A stretch of DNA of 64,000 bases from the NCBI GenBank assembly GCA_022750155.1, contig JAKIWG010000002.1:20947-84946 (forward strand), read 5' to 3'. Position numbers and translations under genes: made by a program. Shown here in pieces: positions 56,440-64,000 of the stretch. Position 1 is the first letter of the stretch. Each line of letters begins with the position of its first letter. The notes under the pieces were generated by a model. That model worked only from the letters and a program-made list of their open reading frames with translations, was not told where the DNA came from and did not search any database. Origin of the DNA: Thermoplasmata archaeon (GTDB lineage Archaea; Thermoplasmatota; Thermoplasmata; Lutacidiplasmatales; UBA184).

Positions 56440-57564
56440 CTAACGGACGAGGTCGATCTCCGGACCGGACTTGCGGGCCGAGGCAGCCCCGCCGGGGGCC
56501 CCTCCGAAAATCTGGGGGGATTTAACTCCGGTGACCACCAACATCACGCGGATCGTGCTCTGCATCGTCGGGTCGACGGCGGCCCCCCAGATGATCCGTG
56601 CCGTCGGGGAGATCGCTTTCTGGACGACCTCGGCGGCCTTCTGCGCCTCGCTGACGGTCATGTCCGGGCCGCCCGTCACGTTGATGAGGGCGCCGGTGGC
56701 CCCCGCGATGTCCACGCGAAGGAGCGGGGAGTTGATCGCCTCGAGGACCGCGTCCTCGGCCCGGTTGTCGCTTTCGGACTCGCCGATGCCGATGAGGGCG
56801 ACGCCGCCGCCCTTCATGATCGTCCGAAGGTCGTTGAAATCCAGGTTGACGAGGCCGGGGCGGGTGATGATCTCGGTGATGCCCCGGATGGCACGGGCGA
56901 GCACGGAGTCGGCCACCTTGAATGCGGTTTGGATCGGTAGACGGGGCACGAGCTCCAGGAGACGGTCGTTGGGGATGGTGATCACGGTGTCGATCGTCGA
57001 ACGCAGCCGCTCGAGTCCCCACATCGCGTTCTCGGCACGGACGAGCCCCTCGGAGGTGAACGGTAGCGTGCAGACGGCGATCGTGAGCGGATTGCCGCCG
57101 TTCGCGTCCTTGGCGAGCTGGGCGACCACCGGCGCCGAACCGGTCCCGGTGCCTCCCCCCAGACCGAGGGTGATGAACACCATGTCGCTGTCCGAGAGGG
57201 CCTTCTTGAGCTCCTCCTCGGCCTCGTGGGCCGCCTGCTCCCCGACCTGGGGGAGTGCGCCCGCCCCGAGACCGCGGGTCAGCCTGCGCCCCAGGAGGAT
57301 CTTCTTGGGGGCATGGATGGCGAGCAGGTGCTGAGCGTCGGTGTTGCACGCGACCATGTCGGCGCCGGAGAGTCCCTCCTCCGCGAGCCGATTGATCGTG
57401 TTGCATCCTCCGCCCCCGCAGCCTACGACCTTGATGTTGGTCTTCAGGGAGGCAAGGACCGACTCCAGTTCGGCGTCGTCCGCCCCGGGAGCCGGGGGGC
57501 TCGGCACGCCGCGCTTGGGGTCTTGCGGAAGGTGGGAGAGAATCTCCTGGGCTAGCGGTCGCAT
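56440..57564 (-). CDS. ftsZ: Cell division GTPase FtsZ
   Basis: VVGCGGGGCN, GGGTGTGSAPV tubulin signature and NVDFAD-like motif. Confidence 0.9.
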   Translation of the reverse strand: MRPLAQEILSHLPQDPKRGVPSPPAPGADDAELESVLASLKTNIKVVGCGGGGCNTINRLAEEGLSGADMVACNTDAQHLLAIHAPKKILLGRRLTRGLGAGALPQVGEQAAHEAEEELKKALSDSDMVFITLGLGGGTGTGSAPVVAQLAKDANGGNPLTIAVCTLPFTSEGLVRAENAMWGLERLRSTIDTVITIPNDRLLELVPRLPIQTAFKVADSVLARAIRGITEIITRPGLVNLDFNDLRTIMKGGGVALIGIGESESDNRAEDAVLEAINSPLLRVDIAGATGALINVTGGPDMTVSEAQKAAEVVQKAISPTARIIWGAAVDPTMQSTIRVMLVVTGVKSPQIFGGAPGGAASARKSGPEIDLVR

Positions 57565-57705
57565 GACGGTAATCCTCGAGGCGGGGAGCAGACACCATCT
57601 TATAAATCGCTAGCCGAGTCGGGAGGCTCGGATTCCTCTCGGTTCCGCGGTCGTTCCACCGAGGGGGAATCGCCGTCGGGCGAACGCACCGGGCGCCCGC
57701 GGTCG

Positions 57706-58617
57706 GTGGAACGCCGTCCGCTCGGCGTGACCATCGGAAACCGGACGCCCCGCCGTTCTCCGAGGGAGGGAAATCTCTCCAGGCCGGTCGTGGGACCCGA
57801 CGGAAGCTCGACCCCCCATGGCGCGGTGGTCGCGGGCTATATCCCCGAATCCGTCTCGCGGGTGGGGTCGGCCTTGGACTACGCCGCGTGGGCGCCGTAC
57901 TACGAGCGGATCCGGCTCGAGCTGGGATTCGACCTCGCCCGCGAGCGCTCGAGCGCCGACCGGCTGCTCGAGCTCCTGCCGGCCGACGCGCCGTTGGATC
58001 CGTTGGGGCATCTCCAGGGGTTGGTCCGGGGACGCGACGCCATCGTGGTGGGCCTCGCCCCCCGTTGGGGTGCACCCCCGATATGGGTGCTACCCGCGGG
58101 CCGGACCCACCCGGTCGTGCTCGCCGCCGACGGCGCGGCGAGCCGGTGTCTCGACGCGGGGATCGTGCCCGAGATCGTCGTCACCGACCTCGACGGGCCC
58201 GTGCCCGCCGAGGTGCTGGCGAACTCGAAGGGTGCGGCCGTGGTATTGCACGCTCACGGGGACAATCTCGAGGCATTGGACCGATGGGCGCCCGAGTTCC
58301 ACCGGAACGTCGTGGGGTCATGGGCCGGGAAACCCGAGCCGCGACTCCTCGACGTCGGCGGGTTCACCGACGGTGACCGGGCCGCCTTCCTGGCGAGCGC
58401 GCTCGGCGCGCGTCGAGTGCTCCTCTGGGGATTCGAGTTCGCGAACGTCGACGAGGAGCCCCCCGGGCAACGCCTACGGAAGCTGGCGAAGTTGCGGTGG
58501 GCACGCGAGGTGCTCGGGGTGTTGAGCCGCTCGGGCGCGGCTCCGCTCCTGTGGTGGAGACGGGACGGGGCGATCGTGCCCTATGAGGTCGGGATCAGCG
58601 GGGCATCGACCCAGTAG
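57706..58617 (+). CDS. mptE: MptE-like 6-hydroxymethyl-7,8-dihydropterin pyrophosphokinase (DUF115); start uncertain
   Basis: VVTDLDG and HAHGDN motifs typical of the archaeal HPPK-like family. Confidence 0.55.
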   Translation: MERRPLGVTIGNRTPRRSPREGNLSRPVVGPDGSSTPHGAVVAGYIPESVSRVGSALDYAAWAPYYERIRLELGFDLARERSSADRLLELLPADAPLDPLGHLQGLVRGRDAIVVGLAPRWGAPPIWVLPAGRTHPVVLAADGAASRCLDAGIVPEIVVTDLDGPVPAEVLANSKGAAVVLHAHGDNLEALDRWAPEFHRNVVGSWAGKPEPRLLDVGGFTDGDRAAFLASALGARRVLLWGFEFANVDEEPPGQRLRKLAKLRWAREVLGVLSRSGAAPLLWWRRDGAIVPYEVGISGASTQ

Positions 58618-60341
58618 ACCGCCTCGGGGCCGTTCTCGTATACCGCGACGAAAGGGGGGGCGTCGAACCAGGCGCTCGCGTTCGCGCTGAGGGGGAGCGC
58701 AGGAGCGCTCGGGTCGAGGGCGACCCCGGTATCTCGCATGGTCTCGTCGACCGCGACGGCGTTGATGGGCAGCAGCTTCGGTAGCGTGTGCGGCGCGTTC
58801 GCGCCTCGTAATTCGTCCATCGCCGCCTTAGGATCCTTTCCCACGAAGAGGGCCGGGGTCGAGTCCCACGTCGCCCGATTCCCGTCAAATCCAAAGATCA
58901 TCGAACTCAGCCGATGGTCCGAAGCGACGACGGCTCCGGCCGGGATCGCCGACCCGACCCACATCCAGAGCGCGGCGTCCTGCGAGGTCAGTCCCTCCTG
59001 GAACCCTCCGAAATCCGATGGGGGTGGGTACACGATCGCGGCGTTGGCGGCCAGCAGGACCACGAGCCCGAGCGAGCCGGCGATCAGTGCCTGCCGGCCG
59101 GAGCGATCGCCCCACCGGGCCACGAGGCGGCCGCCGCCCACGGCGATGAGGAGGCCGACGGGGATGAGCAGGTACTCCGGGTGCCGGGAGGGGAGGATCT
59201 CCGGATTGTTCGTCGAAAGCGCGAACAGGGCGGAGAGCCCGAGCGCGAGGAGCCAGGCGATCGCCAACGGGCCGATGCGGCTCACGGTGACCAGGCGACG
59301 TGTCCCCGAGGCGAGCGGGATGCTCACGAGCAGGGGTGCGAAGAAGACCACGGCGGAAGGCACGGTCGTCTGTGCGGTGGCCGGAAGGGGGACCACGATG
59401 AGGAGCCCCACGCCGAGGAACAATCCGCTCAGGATCACGACCGCATCGCGGAGCAAGCTGCGGTCGCTGGGGAATCCTACGCGCGCCCGGGTCGAGCCCG
59501 CGGACCTTCGGCGCCTCCACCGAATGAGCTGGGCGAGGACGACCATCCCCACGACCGCTCCGCCACCCAGCGCGACCACCACGGCTCCCGCGGGGAGTCC
59601 GTGGGACCCCTCGGAGAGGATCGGAAGGAACGGCGCGGCGTAGGCGCTCCAGTAGGCCAACATCCCGAGGACGAACGCGGTGAGGAAGGCTAGCTCGCGG
59701 GCGGGGAACCTCGTGCTCCACAGCCCCGGCTTCCACAGCTCGAGCAGGACGAACGACCCGAGGGCGCTCGCCAGGAAGAAGTAGCTCGACAGGTGGTGGG
59801 TGACCACGAGCGACGCCGCGGTCAGGGCGAGGGGGAGGTACCAGCGCCGGTCGCGCCGCCCCTCGACGAACATCCAGAGCGCCCCGATCACGAGGAAGTC
59901 CCCGAGGGCGAGGGGCGCCGGATGGGCGAGGGAGAACATCCTCGGCATGAAGACGGAGGCGAACCCGGCGCCCAGGATCGCGACCGAGTCGTTCGGGAAG
60001 AGGCGGCGGAACAGCAGGAACAACGGCAGGACGGACAGGACGGACAGGACCGGGACGATCGTCGTCAACGCGGTGAGCGGGTCGACGCCGAACGCCTGGG
60101 AGCCGGTGGCGGAGAGCAGGAAGATCCCCGGAAAATTCGGGTAGGCGAAGCCCCACCCGAGGTACGACGCACCGGTCGGCACGTGGCCCGTGGAGACGAG
60201 GGCCGATGTCAGATGGTAGTACTCCCCGGTGTCCGAGCCGAAGATCGCGAAGGATAGGCGGGGCTCGAGCGAGAGGAAGACGAGGAGCAGGCCGAGCGAG
60301 AGGAGCCAGCAGAGATGGCCCCGGTCCATCGTCCGCTCCAT
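58581..60341 (-). CDS. Large polytopic membrane protein, GT-C-type glycosyltransferase-like (not AglB: no WWDYG motif)
   Basis: About 13 TM helices and a C-terminal soluble domain. Confidence 0.45.
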   Translation of the reverse strand: MERTMDRGHLCWLLSLGLLLVFLSLEPRLSFAIFGSDTGEYYHLTSALVSTGHVPTGASYLGWGFAYPNFPGIFLLSATGSQAFGVDPLTALTTIVPVLSVLSVLPLFLLFRRLFPNDSVAILGAGFASVFMPRMFSLAHPAPLALGDFLVIGALWMFVEGRRDRRWYLPLALTAASLVVTHHLSSYFFLASALGSFVLLELWKPGLWSTRFPARELAFLTAFVLGMLAYWSAYAAPFLPILSEGSHGLPAGAVVVALGGGAVVGMVVLAQLIRWRRRRSAGSTRARVGFPSDRSLLRDAVVILSGLFLGVGLLIVVPLPATAQTTVPSAVVFFAPLLVSIPLASGTRRLVTVSRIGPLAIAWLLALGLSALFALSTNNPEILPSRHPEYLLIPVGLLIAVGGGRLVARWGDRSGRQALIAGSLGLVVLLAANAAIVYPPPSDFGGFQEGLTSQDAALWMWVGSAIPAGAVVASDHRLSSMIFGFDGNRATWDSTPALFVGKDPKAAMDELRGANAPHTLPKLLPINAVAVDETMRDTGVALDPSAPALPLSANASAWFDAPPFVAVYENGPEAVYWVDAPLIPTS

Positions 60342-60469
60342 CGCGTCCCTCCCGTGCGGGAGCGGCGTCCCGAGCTATAATCGGGGCGCCCCGGAGCATC
60401 GCGGAGGAGTTCGCGCAAAATTGCGAGCCATACTCATAAATAGGAGGGCCAAGTGGGGCGCCAATCGAG

Positions 60470-60874
60470 GTGATTCCGATTCCTTCGTCGGCCAAGGGGA
60501 AGAAGCCGAAACCGTCGGCGAAGAAACCTCATCCCGCGACGAAGGCCAAGCCCTCGCGACCCGCGGCCCGGCCCCCGGCCCCGCACTCTACGAAGGCACC
60601 GGCCAAGCCCTCGAAACCCTCCCCCAAACCCTCCAAGCCCGTGGGGAAGCCGACCGGCGGTTCGGCCCCCGCCAAGCCCCCCGCGGCGCCGGTCGGTCCC
60701 CCGCGGAGCCCCGACGCGCGGCGCCACGTGCTCTCGCTCTCCTTCCTGCGGGACGGGGACGAGTTCATGGCGCGGCTCGAGACGGATGCCGGCCAGATCA
60801 CCGAGCTGAAGAACCGTTCCCTCGACCAGCTGCTGACGCTCGTCGCCAACGAGCTCGAAGACCTGCTCGAGTGA
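60470..60874 (+). CDS. Lys/Pro/Ala-rich basic protein with a C-terminal folded domain; leaderless GTG start
   Basis: A KP-rich tail (KKPKPSAKKPHPATKAKPSRP...) with frequent AAG/AAA codons, atypical for random GC-rich sequence. A TATA-like CATAAATAGG lies about 28 nt upstream of the GTG. Confidence 0.5.
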   Translation: MIPIPSSAKGKKPKPSAKKPHPATKAKPSRPAARPPAPHSTKAPAKPSKPSPKPSKPVGKPTGGSAPAKPPAAPVGPPRSPDARRHVLSLSFLRDGDEFMARLETDAGQITELKNRSLDQLLTLVANELEDLLE

Positions 60875-61330
60875 TCAGGACCTGCCGCGGCCGAGCGGCG
60901 GGGAGAACGGGCCGTACAGGAGCCCGGACTCGAACACGTAGTGGCGGGCCCGGCCATCGGGCGGGGTGAGCCGTACCAGCTCGGTCGGCGCCGGGGTGAG
61001 CGGGCCGGCGGGGTACTGCTCCTCGACCCACAGGCGGGTGGCCGGAGGGGCGGGGAACCGGCGGACCCGTCCCCCGCGCTCCCGTACCCACAGCTCATCG
61101 TCGGCGATGCGGACGGCCGAGGGCGTTCTTCCGAACGTCAACCAGAGCCCGGCCGCCGCGAGGGCGAGCGTGAGGAGCGATAGGCCGAGCGGTACGAGCG
61201 GGTTGGCCTCGGCGACCGGGACCGGCCCGGTGTAGGAGAGTCCGAGCGTGATGCCGAAGATCGCCGCGAGCGCCCCGCCATACAGGGTGAACAGCCGACG
61301 GGCGCGCCGGAGCGCGGCGTCGTTGCGCAC
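60875..61330 (-). CDS. Hypothetical 2-TM membrane protein
   Basis: Two N-terminal hydrophobic helices followed by a soluble domain. Confidence 0.4.
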   Translation of the reverse strand: MRNDAALRRARRLFTLYGGALAAIFGITLGLSYTGPVPVAEANPLVPLGLSLLTLALAAAGLWLTFGRTPSAVRIADDELWVRERGGRVRRFPAPPATRLWVEEQYPAGPLTPAPTELVRLTPPDGRARHYVFESGLLYGPFSPPLGRGRS

Positions 61331-61482
61331 GAAGCTCTCCGGAGCCCTCGCCCCGGGGACCCCCGGGGGGGAGGGGGTCGAGACGCGGCGGGAGATTCGT
61401 ACGGGACGGGAGGTCGCCAGGGGAGCCCTCCACCGTGAACCGGGGCCGCAGACCCTTAAACCTGCCGTTCATTTTCGCGCCG

Positions 61483-61893
61483 ATGCCGAGCCGGACGGAG
61501 TATCTGTGGATCGAGACGGAGCGGCGACGCCAATTCGTGAACCTGACCGAGCAGGTCCGCTCCATCGTGCGGGGGAGCGGCGTCCGGGAGGGGATGGCGC
61601 TCGTCTCGGCGATGCACATCACCGCGAGCGTCTTCGTCAACGACAACGAGGACGGGCTCCTTCACGACATCGAGCGATGGGCGGACCGGCTGGCCCCGCC
61701 GGGCGAGTACGAGCACCACCGGACCGGGGAGTCGAACGGGGACGCGCACCTGAAGAACCTGCTGCTCGGCCACCAGGTGGTGCTCCCGGTCACCGCCGGG
61801 GACCTCGACCTCGGACCCTGGGAACAGGTGTTCTACGGGGAGTTCGACGGACAACGGCGCAAGCGCGTCGTGGTGAAGGTCCTCGGGGAGTGA
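61483..61893 (+). CDS. yjbQ: YjbQ/UPF0047 family protein (secondary thiamine-phosphate synthase)
   Basis: [14 protein letters not shown] and [11 protein letters not shown] motifs. Confidence 0.75.
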   Translation: MPSRTEYLWIETERRRQFVNLTEQVRSIVRGSGVREGMALVSAMHITASVFVNDNEDGLLHDIERWADRLAPPGEYEHHRTGESNGDAHLKNLLLGHQVVLPVTAGDLDLGPWEQVFYGEFDGQRRKRVVVKVLGE

Positions 61894-61902
61894 GCCGCAG
61901 GC

Positions 61903-63015
61903 TCAGGCTTCGAGCGCGGGGTCCATCGCGGCGGGGCCGGCCCGTCCGCTCGGCTGGGGGAGTGGGGTGGAGAGGTCCACCAGCGGGAGCTTCCGGGCGA
62001 TCTCCCGGGCCATCGCACTGCACGAGGAGGGCGGGACCGGCCGCTCCGTGTATCCGGGGAGGGCGAGGTCGTAGGTGACGACCTTCTTCTCGGCGATCGT
62101 CTCCCAGACCGCCCGCCAGACGCGGTCGGCGGCCTCGAGCTCACCGAGGTGTCGAAGCATCAGCTCGACGCAGAGGATCTCGGCCACCGGGTTCGCCTTG
62201 TCCTGACCGGCGTACTTCGGTGCGGAGCCGTGGACCGGCTCGAACACCGCGAGCGAGTCCCCATAGAGCGCGCCCGGGGCGACGCCGAGCCCGCCCGCCA
62301 GGCCCGCGCACAGGTCCGACAGGATGTCCCCGAAGAGGTTCGTCGTGACGATCACGTCGTACTCCTCGGGCTTCTTGACGAGCTGCATGCACATGTTGTC
62401 GACCAGGCGCTCGTCCGACGCGATGTCCGGATAGTGCGTCGCCATTTCCCGGAACGCGCTCTGGAAGAGCGCGCCCGTCGTCTTCATGATGTTCGCCTTG
62501 TGGACGGCGGTCACGCGTCGACGCTTCTCGCGGCGCGCGAGCTCGAAGGCGAACCGGATGATCCGGTCGGACGCCTTTCGCGTGATGACGTTGACCGTCT
62601 CGGCCGCGCTGTGGTCGCGGTCGACCCAATGCTCGACCCCGGAGTAGAGCCCCTCGGTGGCCTCCCGGACGACGATGAGGTTCGTCTGCGGAAACCGGGT
62701 GCCCTCGCCGGCGATCGCCCGGGCCGGGCGCACCGACGCGAACAGGTCGAGCTGCTGACGGAGCGCCACGTTCACCGAGCGGAACCCGCCGCCGATCGGG
62801 GTCGTGATCGGCCCCTTGAGCGCCAGGCGGTTGCGCCGGATCGAATCGAGGACCTCCTCCGGGAGGGGGGTGCCTCGCGCCCGGATCGCCGACTCCCCGG
62901 CCTCGACTACCTCCCAGTCGAAGGAGACGCCCGTCGCCTCCGCGACGAGCCGGGCCGCGCCCGTCACTTCCGGGCCGATCCCGTCGCCCGGAATCAGGGT
63001 GACTCGATGACGCAT
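61903..63015 (-). CDS. Isopropylmalate/isocitrate dehydrogenase-family enzyme
   Basis: [12 protein letters not shown]-terminus and the [10 protein letters not shown] metal/substrate loop. Confidence 0.8.
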   Translation of the reverse strand: MRHRVTLIPGDGIGPEVTGAARLVAEATGVSFDWEVVEAGESAIRARGTPLPEEVLDSIRRNRLALKGPITTPIGGGFRSVNVALRQQLDLFASVRPARAIAGEGTRFPQTNLIVVREATEGLYSGVEHWVDRDHSAAETVNVITRKASDRIIRFAFELARREKRRRVTAVHKANIMKTTGALFQSAFREMATHYPDIASDERLVDNMCMQLVKKPEEYDVIVTTNLFGDILSDLCAGLAGGLGVAPGALYGDSLAVFEPVHGSAPKYAGQDKANPVAEILCVELMLRHLGELEAADRVWRAVWETIAEKKVVTYDLALPGYTERPVPPSSCSAMAREIARKLPLVDLSTPLPQPSGRAGPAAMDPALEA

Positions 63016-63048
63016 GGTCCGACCCGGGCGCCCGAGGGCGGAGGTCGC

Positions 63049-63879
63049 TTAACCGTTTCCTTGCGGGCCGACGCCCGGATTCGCGGGAGACACCGCGGGG
63101 GCGACCGTCCCGGCCCCGCCAATGGCCGGCAGCACGCAGCGCAACACGGCGTCCCGAACTTGCTCCTCGGACGGCTCCGTGGTCCAGACGACCACGACCG
63201 GGTCCCAGGTCTCTTTGGCGATGTCCGCGACCTCGATACGAGCCGGAGGGGTGTCCAGGCGAGGCCCACGGACCGTCGCGCGAACCTGCTCCAGCGTCGC
63301 CTCGAGCTCGGCGATCGTCACGCGATGCGGGACGGTAAAGCGGATCCGCTGGGAGCGCAGGGTCCGCGGAGTCAGGTGTACGACCAGGGCGGTCAGGACG
63401 ACGGAGTTCGGGACCTTTGCGACCCGGCCGGAGTCGAGCTGTATGGTCGTGTAGAACAGGCCGACGTCGAGGACCGTCCCGCTGTAGGCCGGGTACACCA
63501 GCTCGTGCGGGTACGTCGACCCGATGGCCCCGTAGCTCGCCGATACGATCGAGATCCTCTCGTAGGGCCGAAACGGTCCGACGACGATGATTACGAGGCC
63601 GGCGAACATGTTGCCGAGCACGGTTTGGCTGGCGAGGCCGAGGACGACGCCGGCAAGCGCGCTACCGAAGAAGAGGTTCTGGATCGAGACGCCGCTCAGC
63701 CCAAACAGGGCGAAGCCGGCGATGAGGGCGATGAGCACGTTCAACAGGACGCGGACGATGCTCACGCGGCGAGCGGCCCCCTCCGCTTCCATGTACGCCT
63801 GGATCGCGCGGCCGAACGCCCAGGCGAACAGGTAGGCGACCAGGACGATCACGCCGGCTTCGAGGAGCTCGAAGTCCAC
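63049..63879 (-). CDS. Small-conductance mechanosensitive channel (MscS family)
   Basis: 3 TM helices followed by an MscS beta-domain (...NMFAGLVIIVVGPFRPYERISI...). Confidence 0.75.
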   Translation of the reverse strand: MDFELLEAGVIVLVAYLFAWAFGRAIQAYMEAEGAARRVSIVRVLLNVLIALIAGFALFGLSGVSIQNLFFGSALAGVVLGLASQTVLGNMFAGLVIIVVGPFRPYERISIVSASYGAIGSTYPHELVYPAYSGTVLDVGLFYTTIQLDSGRVAKVPNSVVLTALVVHLTPRTLRSQRIRFTVPHRVTIAELEATLEQVRATVRGPRLDTPPARIEVADIAKETWDPVVVVWTTEPSEEQVRDAVLRCVLPAIGGAGTVAPAVSPANPGVGPQGNG

Positions 63880-64000
63880 GTTGGAGACCGGCTGCGGAAC
63901 GAGGCGGGCTCTCGAGGAGACGAGCAGGATCGTGAGCGCGATCCCGGTCAGAATGGTCGCGATGATGTCCCGCAGGAGGGCGGCCCAGACGGTCAGGCGA

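Noticed and set aside
1-64000. CRISPR arrays or other tandem repeats
   Set aside because: No regularly spaced direct repeats were seen anywhere. The only repeats are PKD domain repeats inside a CDS and the tRNA-derived att copy.

Overview
This is a 64-kb, very GC-rich (~68%) chromosomal segment that looks euryarchaeal, possibly Thermoplasmata-like. Several things point that way: GatDE; an RPA-RPAP operon; the conserved ftsZ-secE-spt5-rpl11 cluster; aIF1A; Bud32; Orc1/Cdc6; GGAGG ribosome-binding sites; TATA-box promoters with leaderless starts; a THI-box riboswitch; and a tRNA carrying an insertion. I called about 68 protein genes and one tRNA. Main housekeeping blocks: (i) lipA and an operon of tatD, tmk and orc1/cdc6. 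(ii) A fatty-acid beta-oxidation module: thiolase with its DUF35 partner, acyl-CoA ligase, two acyl-CoA dehydrogenases, enoyl-CoA hydratase and ETF FixABC. (iii) RPA/RPAP, pyrF, pdxS, gatDE, FtsZ and the SecE-Spt5-L11 cluster. Main accessory content: two large N-glycosylation-sequon-rich surface proteins (a beta-helix protein and a 1438-aa PKD-repeat protein); a thiamine-type ABC transporter behind a TPP riboswitch; and a ~2.5-kb low-GC islet (vapBC, an AbrB-like gene, an HxlR regulator and an SRPBCC protein) lying between a degenerate copy of a tRNA 3' half and the intact tRNA-Arg(GCG). The most unusual observations are: an apparent ~180-residue N-terminal extension on Spt5; a 98-aa unknown gene where rpl1 is expected after rpl11; a three-zinc-ribbon protein with an RGG-rich tail; and a Lys/Pro-rich basic protein read from a leaderless GTG. 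The six-frame track is full of long antisense or alternate-frame ORFs that are artefacts of the high GC content. I discarded these ORFs, which encode Arg/Pro/Gly-rich junk.
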